Of a stretch of 64,000 nt of DNA, positions 40,150-49,963 are shown in pieces (within the stretch, counting starts at the first letter, position 1; each line of letters begins with the position of its first letter). The translations under genes and the position numbers were made by a program. Where the stretch lies: the NCBI GenBank assembly GCA_963755915.1, contig CAVWLP010000002.1:4800001-4864000 (forward strand). Direction: 5' to 3'. This DNA comes from an uncultured Phycisphaerales bacterium (lineage in GTDB: Bacteria; Planctomycetota; Phycisphaerae; Tepidisphaerales; Tepidisphaeraceae). Below the pieces are notes generated by a model. That model ran no database searches and was not told where the DNA came from. It worked only from the letters and a program-made list of their open reading frames with translations.

Positions 40150-40791
40150 TCACATCGGCGCGGGCGGCATATTCCGCGGGGTGGGTACTATGTCCATGCC
40201 CGTCAGTTTCTCCGACAGCCGCATCACCGCCCGCGTCACCCGCCGATGCACCGTTTTTACCGACACATCCAGCAATTTCGCCGCCTCCGGCTGCGACAGC
40301 CCCTGGATCCGTACCAAGTCGAACACTTCCCGCTCTTCCTGCGGAAGCCGCTCGATCTCTTCCAGAATTCGCATCGCTTTCGGGCTCAACTGCGATGACG
40401 AACCATCCGAAGGCGCTTCCACCATCGATTCGTGATCGAGTTGCGCGCTAACTTGCTTATCTAAGCGTCGGGCAAGGTCATTCAATTCCCAACGCATATG
40501 TTGGTTCGCCAGCGCAAAGAACTCCCGCACCGTCCTCGGCTGCACTGACCTCAGCGCCTTGATCATTCGCTCCACCACCGCCCCCAGCAGTTCGTCAGGC
40601 TCAAGATTCACCGGGGGATGCAGAAGGCGGGGATACCTCCGAAAAAGCAGCGACGAGCTCAATACGTGCAGCCGGCCCACTGCCTCCGTCAACAACTGCC
40701 GAACAATCGGCTCCGCCGGAGCGTCGCCTGATGCCACGGCCAATTGATTCAGATACCTCTGCACTACGACCGTGGTGCCATCGTCCGGCAT
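40150..40791 (-). CDS. ECF-type sigma-70 factor
   Basis: Region 2 (FFALANQHMRWELNDLARR) and region 4 (LPQEEREVFDL...GLSQPEAAKLLDVSVKTVHRR); directly upstream of the kinase. Confidence 0.9.
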   Translation of the reverse strand: MPDDGTTVVVQRYLNQLAVASGDAPAEPIVRQLLTEAVGRLHVLSSSLLFRRYPRLLHPPVNLEPDELLGAVVERMIKALRSVQPRTVREFFALANQHMRWELNDLARRLDKQVSAQLDHESMVEAPSDGSSSQLSPKAMRILEEIERLPQEEREVFDLVRIQGLSQPEAAKLLDVSVKTVHRRVTRAVMRLSEKLTGMDIVPTPRNMPPAPM

Positions 40792-41506
40792 GAGATTTGC
40801 ATAATACTGCCGCCCCCAGAGCAATGCCAACCTGACGAAAATCCCTCCATAATTCCAGCTTATCCTGAAGTGAATGCGTGCCTCGACCTCTCCTCACCGT
40901 GCTCGCACCCGCTGAATAACTCCCTCACCCCTTCAAAATCCCCTCCTCAATACCCCTCCGCGGCGCGTTGGCGACGAACTGAACCAACGGAGACCAGGTT
41001 ACCACGTTCGACCGCTGAGGGTCTTCTTTCCGCGATTCGGGATTTTTTCCAGCGAAATCCACGCTGGGAATGACCCCCTGTCCTTTAGATTTTGCCTATC
41101 CCCACAGGTATCCCCGCTTGGGGATACCCCCTGTTTTCATTTGAGCCTTGCGCTACAAAGGTTTCCGGCTGATTTATTGTCTCTCGCACCCCCCGACAGC
41201 CGTCCTTTTTCTCTGTCGGAACCGCCTCACTCACGTTCATCGGTTCCTCTCGCTCACGCTCGGAGAAAAAGTCCGGCTCCTCGTCCCCCTCACGGGGGAC
41301 TCGGTTGGTGCTTCACAGCACCGCAACGGGTTTCTCGACACGATCTCTGGGAGGGGAGAGGAACCAACCGACAGAGGGCTTCGCCCTCACCGAACGGGTT
41401 AAGGAGGACGAGGGGGACACCAAATAGGGGATGCTCGTCCATGGGCATCTCTGGCGCAGGACTCGCAACTGCCGTATCATGACCGCAGACTCATCGAAAG
41501 GAACAC

Positions 41507-41746
41507 ATGCCGAAACCTTTACGTATCGAAGGCGCCAGGGACGGGGTGGGGATCGAATTACCGAACGATCTCGATGCGATCGACATCGTGACGGAATTAG
41601 GCCGCATTCATATCGATCTGGGCCACCAAGTCCCGAACATGGTTCTCGTCAGATCCTCGTCTCACGAAGGTGGCCCAGGGAACACCCGCCTCATTCTTTC
41701 GCCGGTGGACGGGGGCCGAATCGCCATCGGCGTCATCAAGGCCTAA
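41507..41746 (+). CDS. Orphan hypothetical protein (79 aa)
   Basis: SD AAAGGA; followed immediately by an intrinsic terminator. Confidence 0.65.
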   Translation: MPKPLRIEGARDGVGIELPNDLDAIDIVTELGRIHIDLGHQVPNMVLVRSSSHEGGPGNTRLILSPVDGGRIAIGVIKA

Positions 41747-41751
41747 TTCTC

Positions 41752-41784
41752 GCCCGCCAAGCTCGCATCTCGGCGGGCTTTTTT
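41752..41784 (+). terminator. Intrinsic terminator
   Basis: GCCCGCC...GGCGGGC followed by T6. Confidence 0.75.
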
Positions 41785-42120
41785 AATTCTCAACCGTCCA
41801 CAGCCAAAACGAAACCAGACCCCGAACAGCTTAATTAAGGGGTCTGGCCTCACCTATAGCTTGCCACGGTAGCCGTGGCGGCGCAATCCCTTCAATCCAA
41901 TCCTTTGGTGCCGGCTCCGCCGGCTCTTTCTCTTTGCCCCCACGCCCCAGCAGCCAGGGGAAGGACGCTTTCGCTGCCGCACACTCCGCAGCCTACCGGC
42001 TCCCTCCCTCCGTCAAGCCGCAAGGGCTTGACCTCGGTAGGGAAAGCGACCTAAGTAAGACACAAACCGCTGTCCGCCGTCTTTTGCTCTCGGACACTAT
42101 GGGCGGATATAGAAGAACGA

Positions 42121-42465
42121 CAGCTTCTCAAGGAGCAACTGACCCAAGCCGAACAAAACCGAGGAAACTGGTTCGAACCGGCCATTCGGTTCGTAAAAGC
42201 CGCAAAACAAGCCGTTTTTCTGACATATAACGGCACTGAGGAACAGAAAAGGGATTTTCTGAAAAAAGTCGGTTCGAACCTGACTATTTCGAATCGTCAC
42301 CTCTCCGTCGAGCCACGGAAACCGTGGCAACTTGTTGTAGATCAAGGTCCTTTTGCCCAACACAACGCCGCGCCCGCCATCGCGAGCGCGGCGTTGTTTG
42401 TGGAAAAATCCCTTCATCTCAACTCAGCGGAGAGGCCGGGATTCGAACCCGGGATACGAGTTTGA
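42121..42465 (+). pseudogene. C-terminal remnant of a putative large serine recombinase running into tRNA-Ser
   Basis: Open frame with no start: LLKEQL...NWFEPAIRFVKAAK...EQKRDFLKKVGSNLTI...PRKPWQL...AERPGFEP; upstream stop at 42052. Confidence 0.55.
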
Positions 42466-42518
42466 CCCCGTATAACGGTTTAGCAAACCGTCGCCTTCAG
42501 CCACTCGGCCACCTCTCC
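42428..42518 (-). tRNA. tRNA-Ser (GCT)
   Basis: GGAGAGG...CCTCTCCG; anticodon arm ACGGT-TTGCTAA-ACCGT; long variable arm; GGTTCGAATCC. Confidence 0.97.
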
Positions 42519-42610
42519 GGATTATCTACGCGGATTATCGCCGAATTTCCCTCCGGATTGCAACCCGCGGCCTCCCATTGCCGATAAAATAGATTGGGAG
42601 CGCATGCAGG

Positions 42611-44456
42611 ATGACGACCGAATTAAAGCCCCATATTAGCCCCGGCGATTTGCTGCGCCGTCCGCTCCTCAAAATCCCCGAAGCGTTTCTGCCCAAATCC
42701 ATCGTCTGCTTTCGCGAAGGGTACGGCCGCGCGTTTTTCTTCAATGACATCGCCGCCGGGATTACCGTCGCGATCGTGGCTCTGCCGCTTTCGCTGGCGC
42801 TGGCCATCGGAAGCGGGGTTCGGCCGGAACAGGGACTTTTCACCGCGATTATCGCCGGGTTCCTCATTTCGCTGCTTGGCGGAAGCCGGGTTCAGATCGG
42901 CGGGCCGGCCGGCGCCTTCATGGCCATCGTGGCCGCGATCGTCGCCCGCGACGGCTATGAAGGACTCTGCATCGCCACGCTCATGGCCGGGGTCATTCTG
43001 ATCCTCATGGGACTTGCCAAGCTCGGCACACTGGTCAAATTCATCCCCTATCCCGTCACCACGGGCTTCACCACCGGAATCGCGGTCATCATCTTCACCT
43101 CCCAAGTTCGCGACCTCTCGGCCTGACCATCAACTATATCAATGCCAAAGGCGTTCTCGTCCACAATCCCCCATCAGCTTTCCTCTCCGGCTGGCAGGTG
43201 CTGCTGCAATCGATGCATACGATCAACATGGCTTGCCACGGCCATTGGCATCGGATCGCTTGTGGTGCTCGCCGGCTTGCGCCGATTCGTCCCGCGCATT
43301 CCTGGCGCCATTGTCGTTGTCGTTCTTGTCGCGGCAACGCTGGCAGCGTCACTGCATCTCGACGTCGACCCATCGCCCCACGGCGGCATCGAAACTCTCG
43401 GCACGCGCTTTGGCGGAATCCCCAGCATGCTTTCCCCGGCCTCATCTGCCCATCAAAATCTCAAGCTGGAATGACGTCCCGCGCGTCTGGAACACGATGG
43501 TTGAGCTGATTCCTGAAGCAACGACCCTGGCGGTTCTGTGCGCGGTTGAATCGCTGCTGTGCGCAGTGGTGGCCGATGGAATGATTGGCGGCCGTCATAA
43601 AAGCAACTGCGAACTGGTCGCCCAGGGAATCGCCAACATCGGCTCGATCATCTTCGGCGGCATCCCCGCAACCGGCGTGATCGCACGCACAGCCGCCAAC
43701 GTCAAAAGCGGCGGCCGCACGCCTCTCGCCGGGATGGTACATTCCGCCACCCTGCTGGTTCTCATGCTTCTGCTCGCGCCCGTACGCCAGCCAGATTCCT
43801 CTCGCCGCTCTGGCGGCGATTCTGATGATGGTCGCCTGGAACATGGCGGAATTCGGCCACTTCCGATCCATCTTCCGAGCCCCCGCGCCGATATGCTGGT
43901 GCTGCTGACAACCTTCGGCCTCACCGTGCTGACCGATCTCACCAAAGGAGTAGGCATCGGGAATGATTCTTCGCCTCCATGCTGTTCATGAAGCGGATGA
44001 GCGGAGGTCTCCAACGTCGGCGTCAGTCCGCGATGAGCTCGACGAGACCGGACTCCGGCTTCCCGGAACTGAAAGACCCCAACGCCATCGTTCTTCGCGA
44101 TGTGCCGCCCGGCGTGGAAGTTTACGAGATCAACGGCCCATTCTTTTTCGGCGTCGCCGATCGGCTCAAGGACACGCTTCGCGGCCTTGAGCGCCCGCCC
44201 AGGATTTTCATCCTGCGAATGCGGCACGTTCCCGCCATCGACGCCACCGGAATGCACGCGCTGGATGAATTCCATGATAAATGCCGCCGAAGGGGCAACG
44301 CGTCTTCTGCTTTCCGGCGTACACGCGCAGCCGATGTTTGCCATGACGCAGTACGGCCTGGTCGACCGCATCGGCGAGGAAAATATGTTCGGTAATATCG
44401 ACGAGGCCCTGGAAGGCGCCCGACGGATCGTTTCCGGCCCCCAAGCGCACAAATAG
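42611..44456 (+). CDS. SulP family anion transporter with STAS domain (multiple frameshifts)
   Basis: [69 protein letters not shown]. Confidence 0.92.
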
Positions 44457-44813
44457 CAAACAACTTCTTCCCCGCGCTCCCGGATCCTTTGTCGAATCTA
44501 TCCCCCCTGTCAGATTCTTTGCTTTCTCATCAATCGACAAAAAAAAATCCGCGATTTTCAAAAACAGGTACAAAACGTACACCCTTTGGACCTGTATATA
44601 GAGGCGTGATGTTTCCCCACACGAACGGTTCTTATGACGCAACCGTCTTCCATGTTCCCGGCCGACCAAATCCGCCGTGACCACCCGCGCCCCCCAGGAA
44701 AAATCCGTGGATTCGGGGCAAACGAGACATTCCGGGACATCGGGCTCATTCACGACCCTCCACCCAAAAAAAGCCCCCAAAAATTGGGGAAATTTGGGGA
44801 ATCCAATTCTCCC

Positions 44814-44843
44814 GTGTAGCCCGCGAGCTTGCTCGCCGTGAGC
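44814..44843. repeat. GTAG-type REP-like element (copy 1)
   Basis: GTGTAGCCCGCGAGCTTGCTCGCCGTGAGC, identical to 57208-57237. Confidence 0.85.
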
Positions 44844-44942
44844 ACCTCGAATGGCCCGCCGAGTCCAAATTTGGGGAAAAATGGGGAATCACCCCTCCCG
44901 GACCTTTTCCACCCTTATCCCCATCGCCATTCCGTGTCCCGT

Positions 44943-44971
44943 TTGACCCCTCCATCACCCTTTCTTACCAT
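44943..44971 (+). promoter_or_regulatory. Sigma70-type promoter of ispG (apparently leaderless)
   Basis: TTGACC-17 nt-TACCAT, 7 nt before ATG; no SD. Confidence 0.65.
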
Positions 44972-44978
44972 CTCCCCC

Positions 44979-46230
44979 ATGCCCCCAAGACGTAAAACCC
45001 GCAAAGTTGTTATTGGTGACGAAGCCCACGGTTTCGTAGGCATCGGCGGCGACGCCCCCGTTGCCGTCCAAACCATGACCTCCGGCTACACTTGGGACAT
45101 CGACAAATGCGTCGCCGAGATCCACAAGCTCTCCGCCGGCGGCGCGGATATCGTCCGCGTCGCCGTCCCCGAGAAAAAGGACACCGCTGCGCTTAAGGAA
45201 ATCCTGCCACGCGTGGATGTCCCCATCGTCGCTGACGTCCACTTCCATTTTCAGCGCGCCCTGGAAGCCGTCGAAGCCGGCGTCCATAAGATCCGCCTCA
45301 ACCCCGGCAACATCAGCGACCGCAGCCAGGTCAAAGACGTCATCCAGGCCTGCAAGGCCCGCAAAATCCCCATCCGCGTCGGCGTCAACGAAGGCTCCAT
45401 CGTCGAGCGAAGAGACAAGCAAAAACGCATGAAGGAACTGGGCGGCGTCTTCTCCAACAACAAGAACGGCCACCTGCTCGCCATCATGATCGCCAAGCTC
45501 GAGGAATATCTGGAAATCTTCCAGGAAGAGGATTTCCACGACATCGTCATCAGCGCCAAAAGCATCGACCCCGAACTGGTCATCGATGCCTACAAAGAAA
45601 TCAGCCAGCGATTCGATTACCCCCTCCATCTTGGCGTCACCCACGCCGGGCCGAAGGAAACCGGCACAATCCGCTCCGTCGTTCCGCTCGGCCATCTCCT
45701 CTGCAGCGGCATCGGCGACACCATCCGCATCAGCTACGCCAACGACCCCATCTACGAAGTCGAAGACGGCCTCGAACTTCTCTACGTCCTTGGCCTGCGC
45801 ACTGCGCATCGGCGCCGAGCTCATCGCCTGCCCCACCTGCGGCCGAATCCAGGTCGATCTCTTCAAGCTCGTCCAGGACGTCCGCAAACAACTGGCCAAG
45901 GAAATCATCGCTGCCCATCAAGGTCGCAGTGATGGGCTGCGTCGTCAACGGCCCCGGCGAATGCGAAGGGGCGGACATCGCCATCTTCGCCGGCGACCGC
46001 AAGGGCATCATCTACGTGCAGGGCGAACGCGTCGCCAACGTCCCGGAAGATCAGATCCTCGAGCGGCTTGCTCATCGAATGCCGAAAATTCGAGGAAAAA
46101 GTAAAGCGCGGCGAAGACCAAGCTCGGCGAAAAGAAAGTCGACATTCTTCCGCCCGATCCGATCGGCGAATTGGGTAGCGGATGGGAAAAGGTGGAGAAG
46201 GACCGCCATGCGCTGCCGGTGGTGAAGTAA
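44979..46230 (+). CDS. ispG: (E)-4-hydroxy-3-methylbut-2-enyl-diphosphate synthase (frameshifts in the 3' third)
   Basis: IGGDAPVAVQTMT, DIVRVAVP, VADVHF, KIRLNPGNI, YPLHLGVT, GIGDTIRIS, IACPTCGR, MGCVVNGPGE. Confidence 0.95.
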
Positions 46231-46263
46231 GCCGGCCAGCGGCAACTAAAAGCGAGGACCGCC

Positions 46264-46536
46264 ATGAAGCTTCTGTCTCATCTCCTCATCCTGGCAGTAG
46301 GCGTCGGCCTGGGCATCTGGATCGGAGTGAGATTCCCCGCACAAAGCCAGCCGATCGCGAACTCCGAAGAGCAGCAGGCGGCCAAAATCCAGCAGGCCGT
46401 GGCGCAGGAAAAAATCGCCCTCCTGCAGAAATTCCTGGGCAACAGCAATTCCAATCAGGACACGACCGAATACAAGCAAATGCTGAGCGCCGAGCAGCAG
46501 AAGCTTCAGGCGGCACAGGCGAAGCTGGGACAGTAA
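46264..46536 (+). CDS. Small membrane-anchored hypothetical protein
   Basis: SD GAGG; N-terminal TM segment; Gln-rich helix. Confidence 0.7.
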   Translation: MKLLSHLLILAVGVGLGIWIGVRFPAQSQPIANSEEQQAAKIQQAVAQEKIALLQKFLGNSNSNQDTTEYKQMLSAEQQKLQAAQAKLGQ

Positions 46537-46599
46537 CGGCTCGCGAACAGCGGCTTCTTCCAAGTCATGTTTAACGCTAGAATGGACGAGGATCGAAAT

Positions 46600-46824
46600 A
46601 TGAAAACTCGTCAACGGGCGAAAAAATCGAAATTGACAAAGAGGCCCCTCGGTACTCGATCGAAATCAAAGCGCCCACATTCCCGAAACGGCGAGCGCGA
46701 TCATACCAACGATGGAAGCACCCTGGGGCAGCGCCTCATGAAATTCGCCGGCGCCCTCAAGGGTTTGCCGTCCGATTTAGCCAGGAATCACGATCACTAT
46801 CTCTACGGAACGCCTCGTAAATGA
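46600..46824 (+). CDS. Antitoxin (VapB-like)
   Basis: C-terminal GLPSDLARNHDHYLYG motif; overlaps the PIN gene by 4 nt. Confidence 0.75.
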   Translation: MKTRQRAKKSKLTKRPLGTRSKSKRPHSRNGERDHTNDGSTLGQRLMKFAGALKGLPSDLARNHDHYLYGTPRK

Positions 46825-47222
46825 GACGCGCTTTCGCCGACACGTCCTACTATCTGTCGCTGCTTAATTCATCTGATGATTCGCACCGGCAGGCAGTCGC
46901 GTTTACGGAATCATTCACGGGCCGAATCATCACAACGGATTGGATAATAATTGAATTGGCCAATACGTTATCTGGTCTTTCAAACCGCAAGACCCTAATC
47001 CAATTCGTAAACAAAATGCGTGCCGATCCCGGAATCAGAATCGTACCAGCAAGCATTCCGTTGTTTGAAAGGGGCTGGAGCCTGTATTAGCGACGCGCGG
47101 ACAAAGCCTGGTCACTCACGGATTGCATATCTTTCATCGTCATGCAAGAGGAAAAGCTTGCCGACGCTTTAACTCGGGACCACCATTTCGAGCAAGCTGG
47201 ATTCCGAATCCTCTTCAAATGA
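46821..47222 (+). pseudogene. VapC PIN toxin with an in-frame TAG at 47088-47090
   Basis: FADTSYY...TTDWIIIE; after the stop the same frame continues RRADKAWSLTDCISF.VM...ALT.DHHFEQAGF. Confidence 0.8.
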
Positions 47223-47238
47223 CCCGCGAGTTGTCTCG

Positions 47239-48036
47239 CTACCCCACCACGCTCTGCATCTGCCGGGTCTCCGCATTTCGCGAATCGATCCGCGATGCAG
47301 GATCGTTCACGAAAATCTTCGGCCTTCCAATCCCCCACTTCCATAGCCGATACTGCAAGCTTGTTTGCAAAACGCCAAACCCATACGTCACCGATCTGCG
47401 GAAATTGATCGAGCTCGCATCTTTGAAATATTTCGTGGGGCAGGAAATCTCGCCGATGCGGAAATTGAAGGCCACGAGCTGGGCAATCATCTGATTGTCG
47501 AAAACGAAATCATCCGAATTGGACAGCAGCGGCAGCTCATACAATACCCGCCGGGAGAACGCCCGATATCCGGTGTGGAACTCCGTTAATTTTGTCCCCA
47601 GGAACAAATTCTCGATGGCGCTCAGCGACCGGTTCGCCACATATTTCCATAGCGGCATCCCCCCTCTTCGCGCCGTCCCGATCCGCGAACCGAGGACGGC
47701 GTCGTAGATTCCCGATGCAACCATCGCTGCCATTGCCGTCACCAGGCGCGGGTCATACTGGTAATCCGGATGCACCATCACCACGATATCCGCGCCGGCG
47801 TGGAGGGCTTCGTGATAGCACGTTTTCTGATTGCCCCCATAGCCCAGGTTTTTGCGGTGCATAACCGTCTTGATGCCCAGGCCCCTGCCGATTTCAACCG
47901 TTTCATCCCCTCCGGCGTCATCGACTAGCAAAACGTCATCGACAACGTCCATCGGCAAGTCTTTGTAGGTCATCTCGAGCGTCTTGGCGGCTCGGTACGC
48001 GGGCAATACGACGATTACCTTTTTATTGTGCAGCAA
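47239..48036 (-). CDS. Glycosyltransferase family 2
   Basis: [47 protein letters not shown]. Confidence 0.92.
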   Translation of the reverse strand: MLHNKKVIVVLPAYRAAKTLEMTYKDLPMDVVDDVLLVDDAGGDETVEIGRGLGIKTVMHRKNLGYGGNQKTCYHEALHAGADIVVMVHPDYQYDPRLVTAMAAMVASGIYDAVLGSRIGTARRGGMPLWKYVANRSLSAIENLFLGTKLTEFHTGYRAFSRRVLYELPLLSNSDDFVFDNQMIAQLVAFNFRIGEISCPTKYFKDASSINFRRSVTYGFGVLQTSLQYRLWKWGIGRPKIFVNDPASRIDSRNAETRQMQSVVG

Positions 48037-48202
48037 TGGAAAATCCCGGCGGCGATTAGTCCAACAATTGTATTTCGAGCCCATGGTCACATGCAATGTC
48101 CGGAATTCAATAATCTTTGAACAAATCCTCATATTTTCCGCACGACGACGCCGGGTACGGGTGCTACCATTCCCCCACACTCAACCCAAAAAGGAGACTC
48201 GC

Positions 48203-48583
48203 ATGAGCAGCACGATGGAAGTCGCAAAAACGCTTGTCGAACATTGCAAGAAGGGCAAATTCATGGATGCGATCAACGCTACCTACAGCCCCAAGATCGT
48301 CAGCGTTGAACCCATGGCCGGCCCCGATATGCCCGCGAAGATGGAAGGCATTGCCGCCATCAAGGGCAAAACCGAATGGTGGGAAAAGAATCACGAAGTT
48401 CACAGCGCCAAAGTGGAAGGCCCCTGGCCCCACGGCGACCGCTTCATCGTCCGCTTCATCCTCGACGTCACGCCCAAAGCGGGTCCCATGGCGGGCAAGC
48501 GAATGACCCTCGACGAGACCGGCTTATATACGGTCAAGGACGGGAAGATCGTCCACGAGGAATTCTTCTATCACATGGGGTGA
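48203..48583 (+). CDS. SnoaL-like / NTF2-family protein
   Basis: SD AAGGAG; YS..IVSVE, GPWPHGDRFIVRF, YTVKDGKIVHEEFFY. Confidence 0.85.
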   Translation: MSSTMEVAKTLVEHCKKGKFMDAINATYSPKIVSVEPMAGPDMPAKMEGIAAIKGKTEWWEKNHEVHSAKVEGPWPHGDRFIVRFILDVTPKAGPMAGKRMTLDETGLYTVKDGKIVHEEFFYHMG

Positions 48584-48599
48584 GCCGCGCCGCTGCGCG

Positions 48600-48652
48600 G
48601 AAATTCGAAACCCGAAATTCGAAATTCGAATCAAATTCGAAATTCGAATTTC
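48600..48652. repeat. Heptamer-based dispersed repeat
   Basis: GAAATTC tandem units with a GAATCAAATTCGAAATTCGAAT core. Confidence 0.8.
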
Positions 48653-48704
48653 CGCCCAGGCGCTCCATTCGCCAGAACGCAAAAATTCCACTATCCTTAC
48701 GGCC

Positions 48705-49676
48705 GTGCCCATTCGAATTGGAATCACCGGCGTGAGCGGCTACGGTGGCGGGGAAGTACTCCGCCTCTGCGCTGCCCATCCCGCGTTCGAGGTCGCTTAC
48801 GTGGCCGGCGAAACGTCCGCGGGCCAGAAGCTCGTCGAGCGTTTCCCCGGAATCTCGCCAAAGCTCGCCGACCTTGTCATCCAAAAGTGGGATCCGGCAA
48901 CACTGCCCAATCTCGATCTGCTCATCGCCTCCCTCCCCAGCGGCCAATCCAAGGCGGCCCTCGCGGCGGTTCCGCGTGAGGTGAAGATCGTCGATATCGG
49001 CGGTGACCATCGCTATGCCGCCGGCTGGGTCTACGGCCTCGCCGACGTTTGGCCGGAGAAAAGCCGCTCTGCCACGCGCGTCGCCAACCCCGGCTGCTAT
49101 CCCTCTGCGGCGCTGCTGGCCATCGCGCCGATCGTCGCCGCGGGTCTCGGTGCCGTCGAATCCATCGTGATCGACGCCAAGAGCGGCGTCAGCGGCGCCG
49201 GCCGCGGCGGCAGCGATGCAAAATTCTCCTTCGCCGAACTGAATGAAGACGTCTGCGCCTACGGCCTGCTCAAGCACCCGCACCTGGCCGAGATGACCGC
49301 GACAATCAATCAGCTCAGCGGCAAGACCAGTGCAAAAATCGTCTTCACGCCCCACCTGATCCCCATGACACGCGGCATCCTCGCCACCTGTTATCTCACG
49401 GGCAACGCGACGACGGCCCAATGCCTGGAAGCCGCCCGAAAATTCTATGCGGGACGTCCGTTCATTCGTGTCGTCGATCAGCCGCCGCACACGAAGTGGG
49501 CGACGGGATCCAATCTCGCCCTGATTTCGTACGCCGCCGATGCGGGCACGATCATCGCCATGGGCGCGATCGACAACCTGGGCAAGGGCGCTGCCGGCCA
49601 GGCCATTCAAAACGCAAATCTCATGTGTGGACTCACCGAATCCGCAGGCCTCGAGGGTTCGCCCCTCTGGCCGTGA
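48705..49676 (+). CDS. argC: N-acetyl-gamma-glutamyl-phosphate reductase
   Basis: GVSGYGG, VANPGCYP, DAKSGVSGAGR, FTPHLIPMTRGI, IDNLGKGAAGQAIQNANL. Confidence 0.96.
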   Translation: MPIRIGITGVSGYGGGEVLRLCAAHPAFEVAYVAGETSAGQKLVERFPGISPKLADLVIQKWDPATLPNLDLLIASLPSGQSKAALAAVPREVKIVDIGGDHRYAAGWVYGLADVWPEKSRSATRVANPGCYPSAALLAIAPIVAAGLGAVESIVIDAKSGVSGAGRGGSDAKFSFAELNEDVCAYGLLKHPHLAEMTATINQLSGKTSAKIVFTPHLIPMTRGILATCYLTGNATTAQCLEAARKFYAGRPFIRVVDQPPHTKWATGSNLALISYAADAGTIIAMGAIDNLGKGAAGQAIQNANLMCGLTESAGLEGSPLWP

Positions 49677-49700
49677 ATTTCCGTGCCGGAAGGCATCAAA

Positions 49701-49788
49701 TACAAAAGGTTACAGCCCGCAACAAGCTGGGCGTACTGGGGAGGTGGGGAGGGCGGTTTTTGTAATATCGATGATATCATTGATATCA
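49701..49788. repeat. Dispersed TACAAAA..TTACAG repeat plus GATATC tail (copy 2)
   Basis: Matches 12549-12646. Confidence 0.75.
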
Positions 49789-49963
49789 GTTAAGGTTTCG
49801 AGGATCCGGGAGCGGAAACGAGCGATGCGCCTACTTCGCTTGCGTGGCTTTCCGGGCTTGTTGCCACCAAACACTTGCAGGACTTATCGGACAACAATCA
49901 TAATCGCTCTAACCCGGGATCAAGCCAATTGTTTCATTGGTGGATGAATCGTTCGGCAGAACT

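Noticed and set aside
40950-41110. attR-like duplication of a tRNA 3' end bounding an island
   Set aside because: Only short or wrongly oriented matches (CCTCCGC; CCTATC.CCC) were seen by eye, so island limits remain undefined.
47088-47090. Pyrrolysine or stop-codon recoding in vapC
   Set aside because: TAG is used as a normal stop in other genes here (for example trxA) and no pyl machinery is visible.
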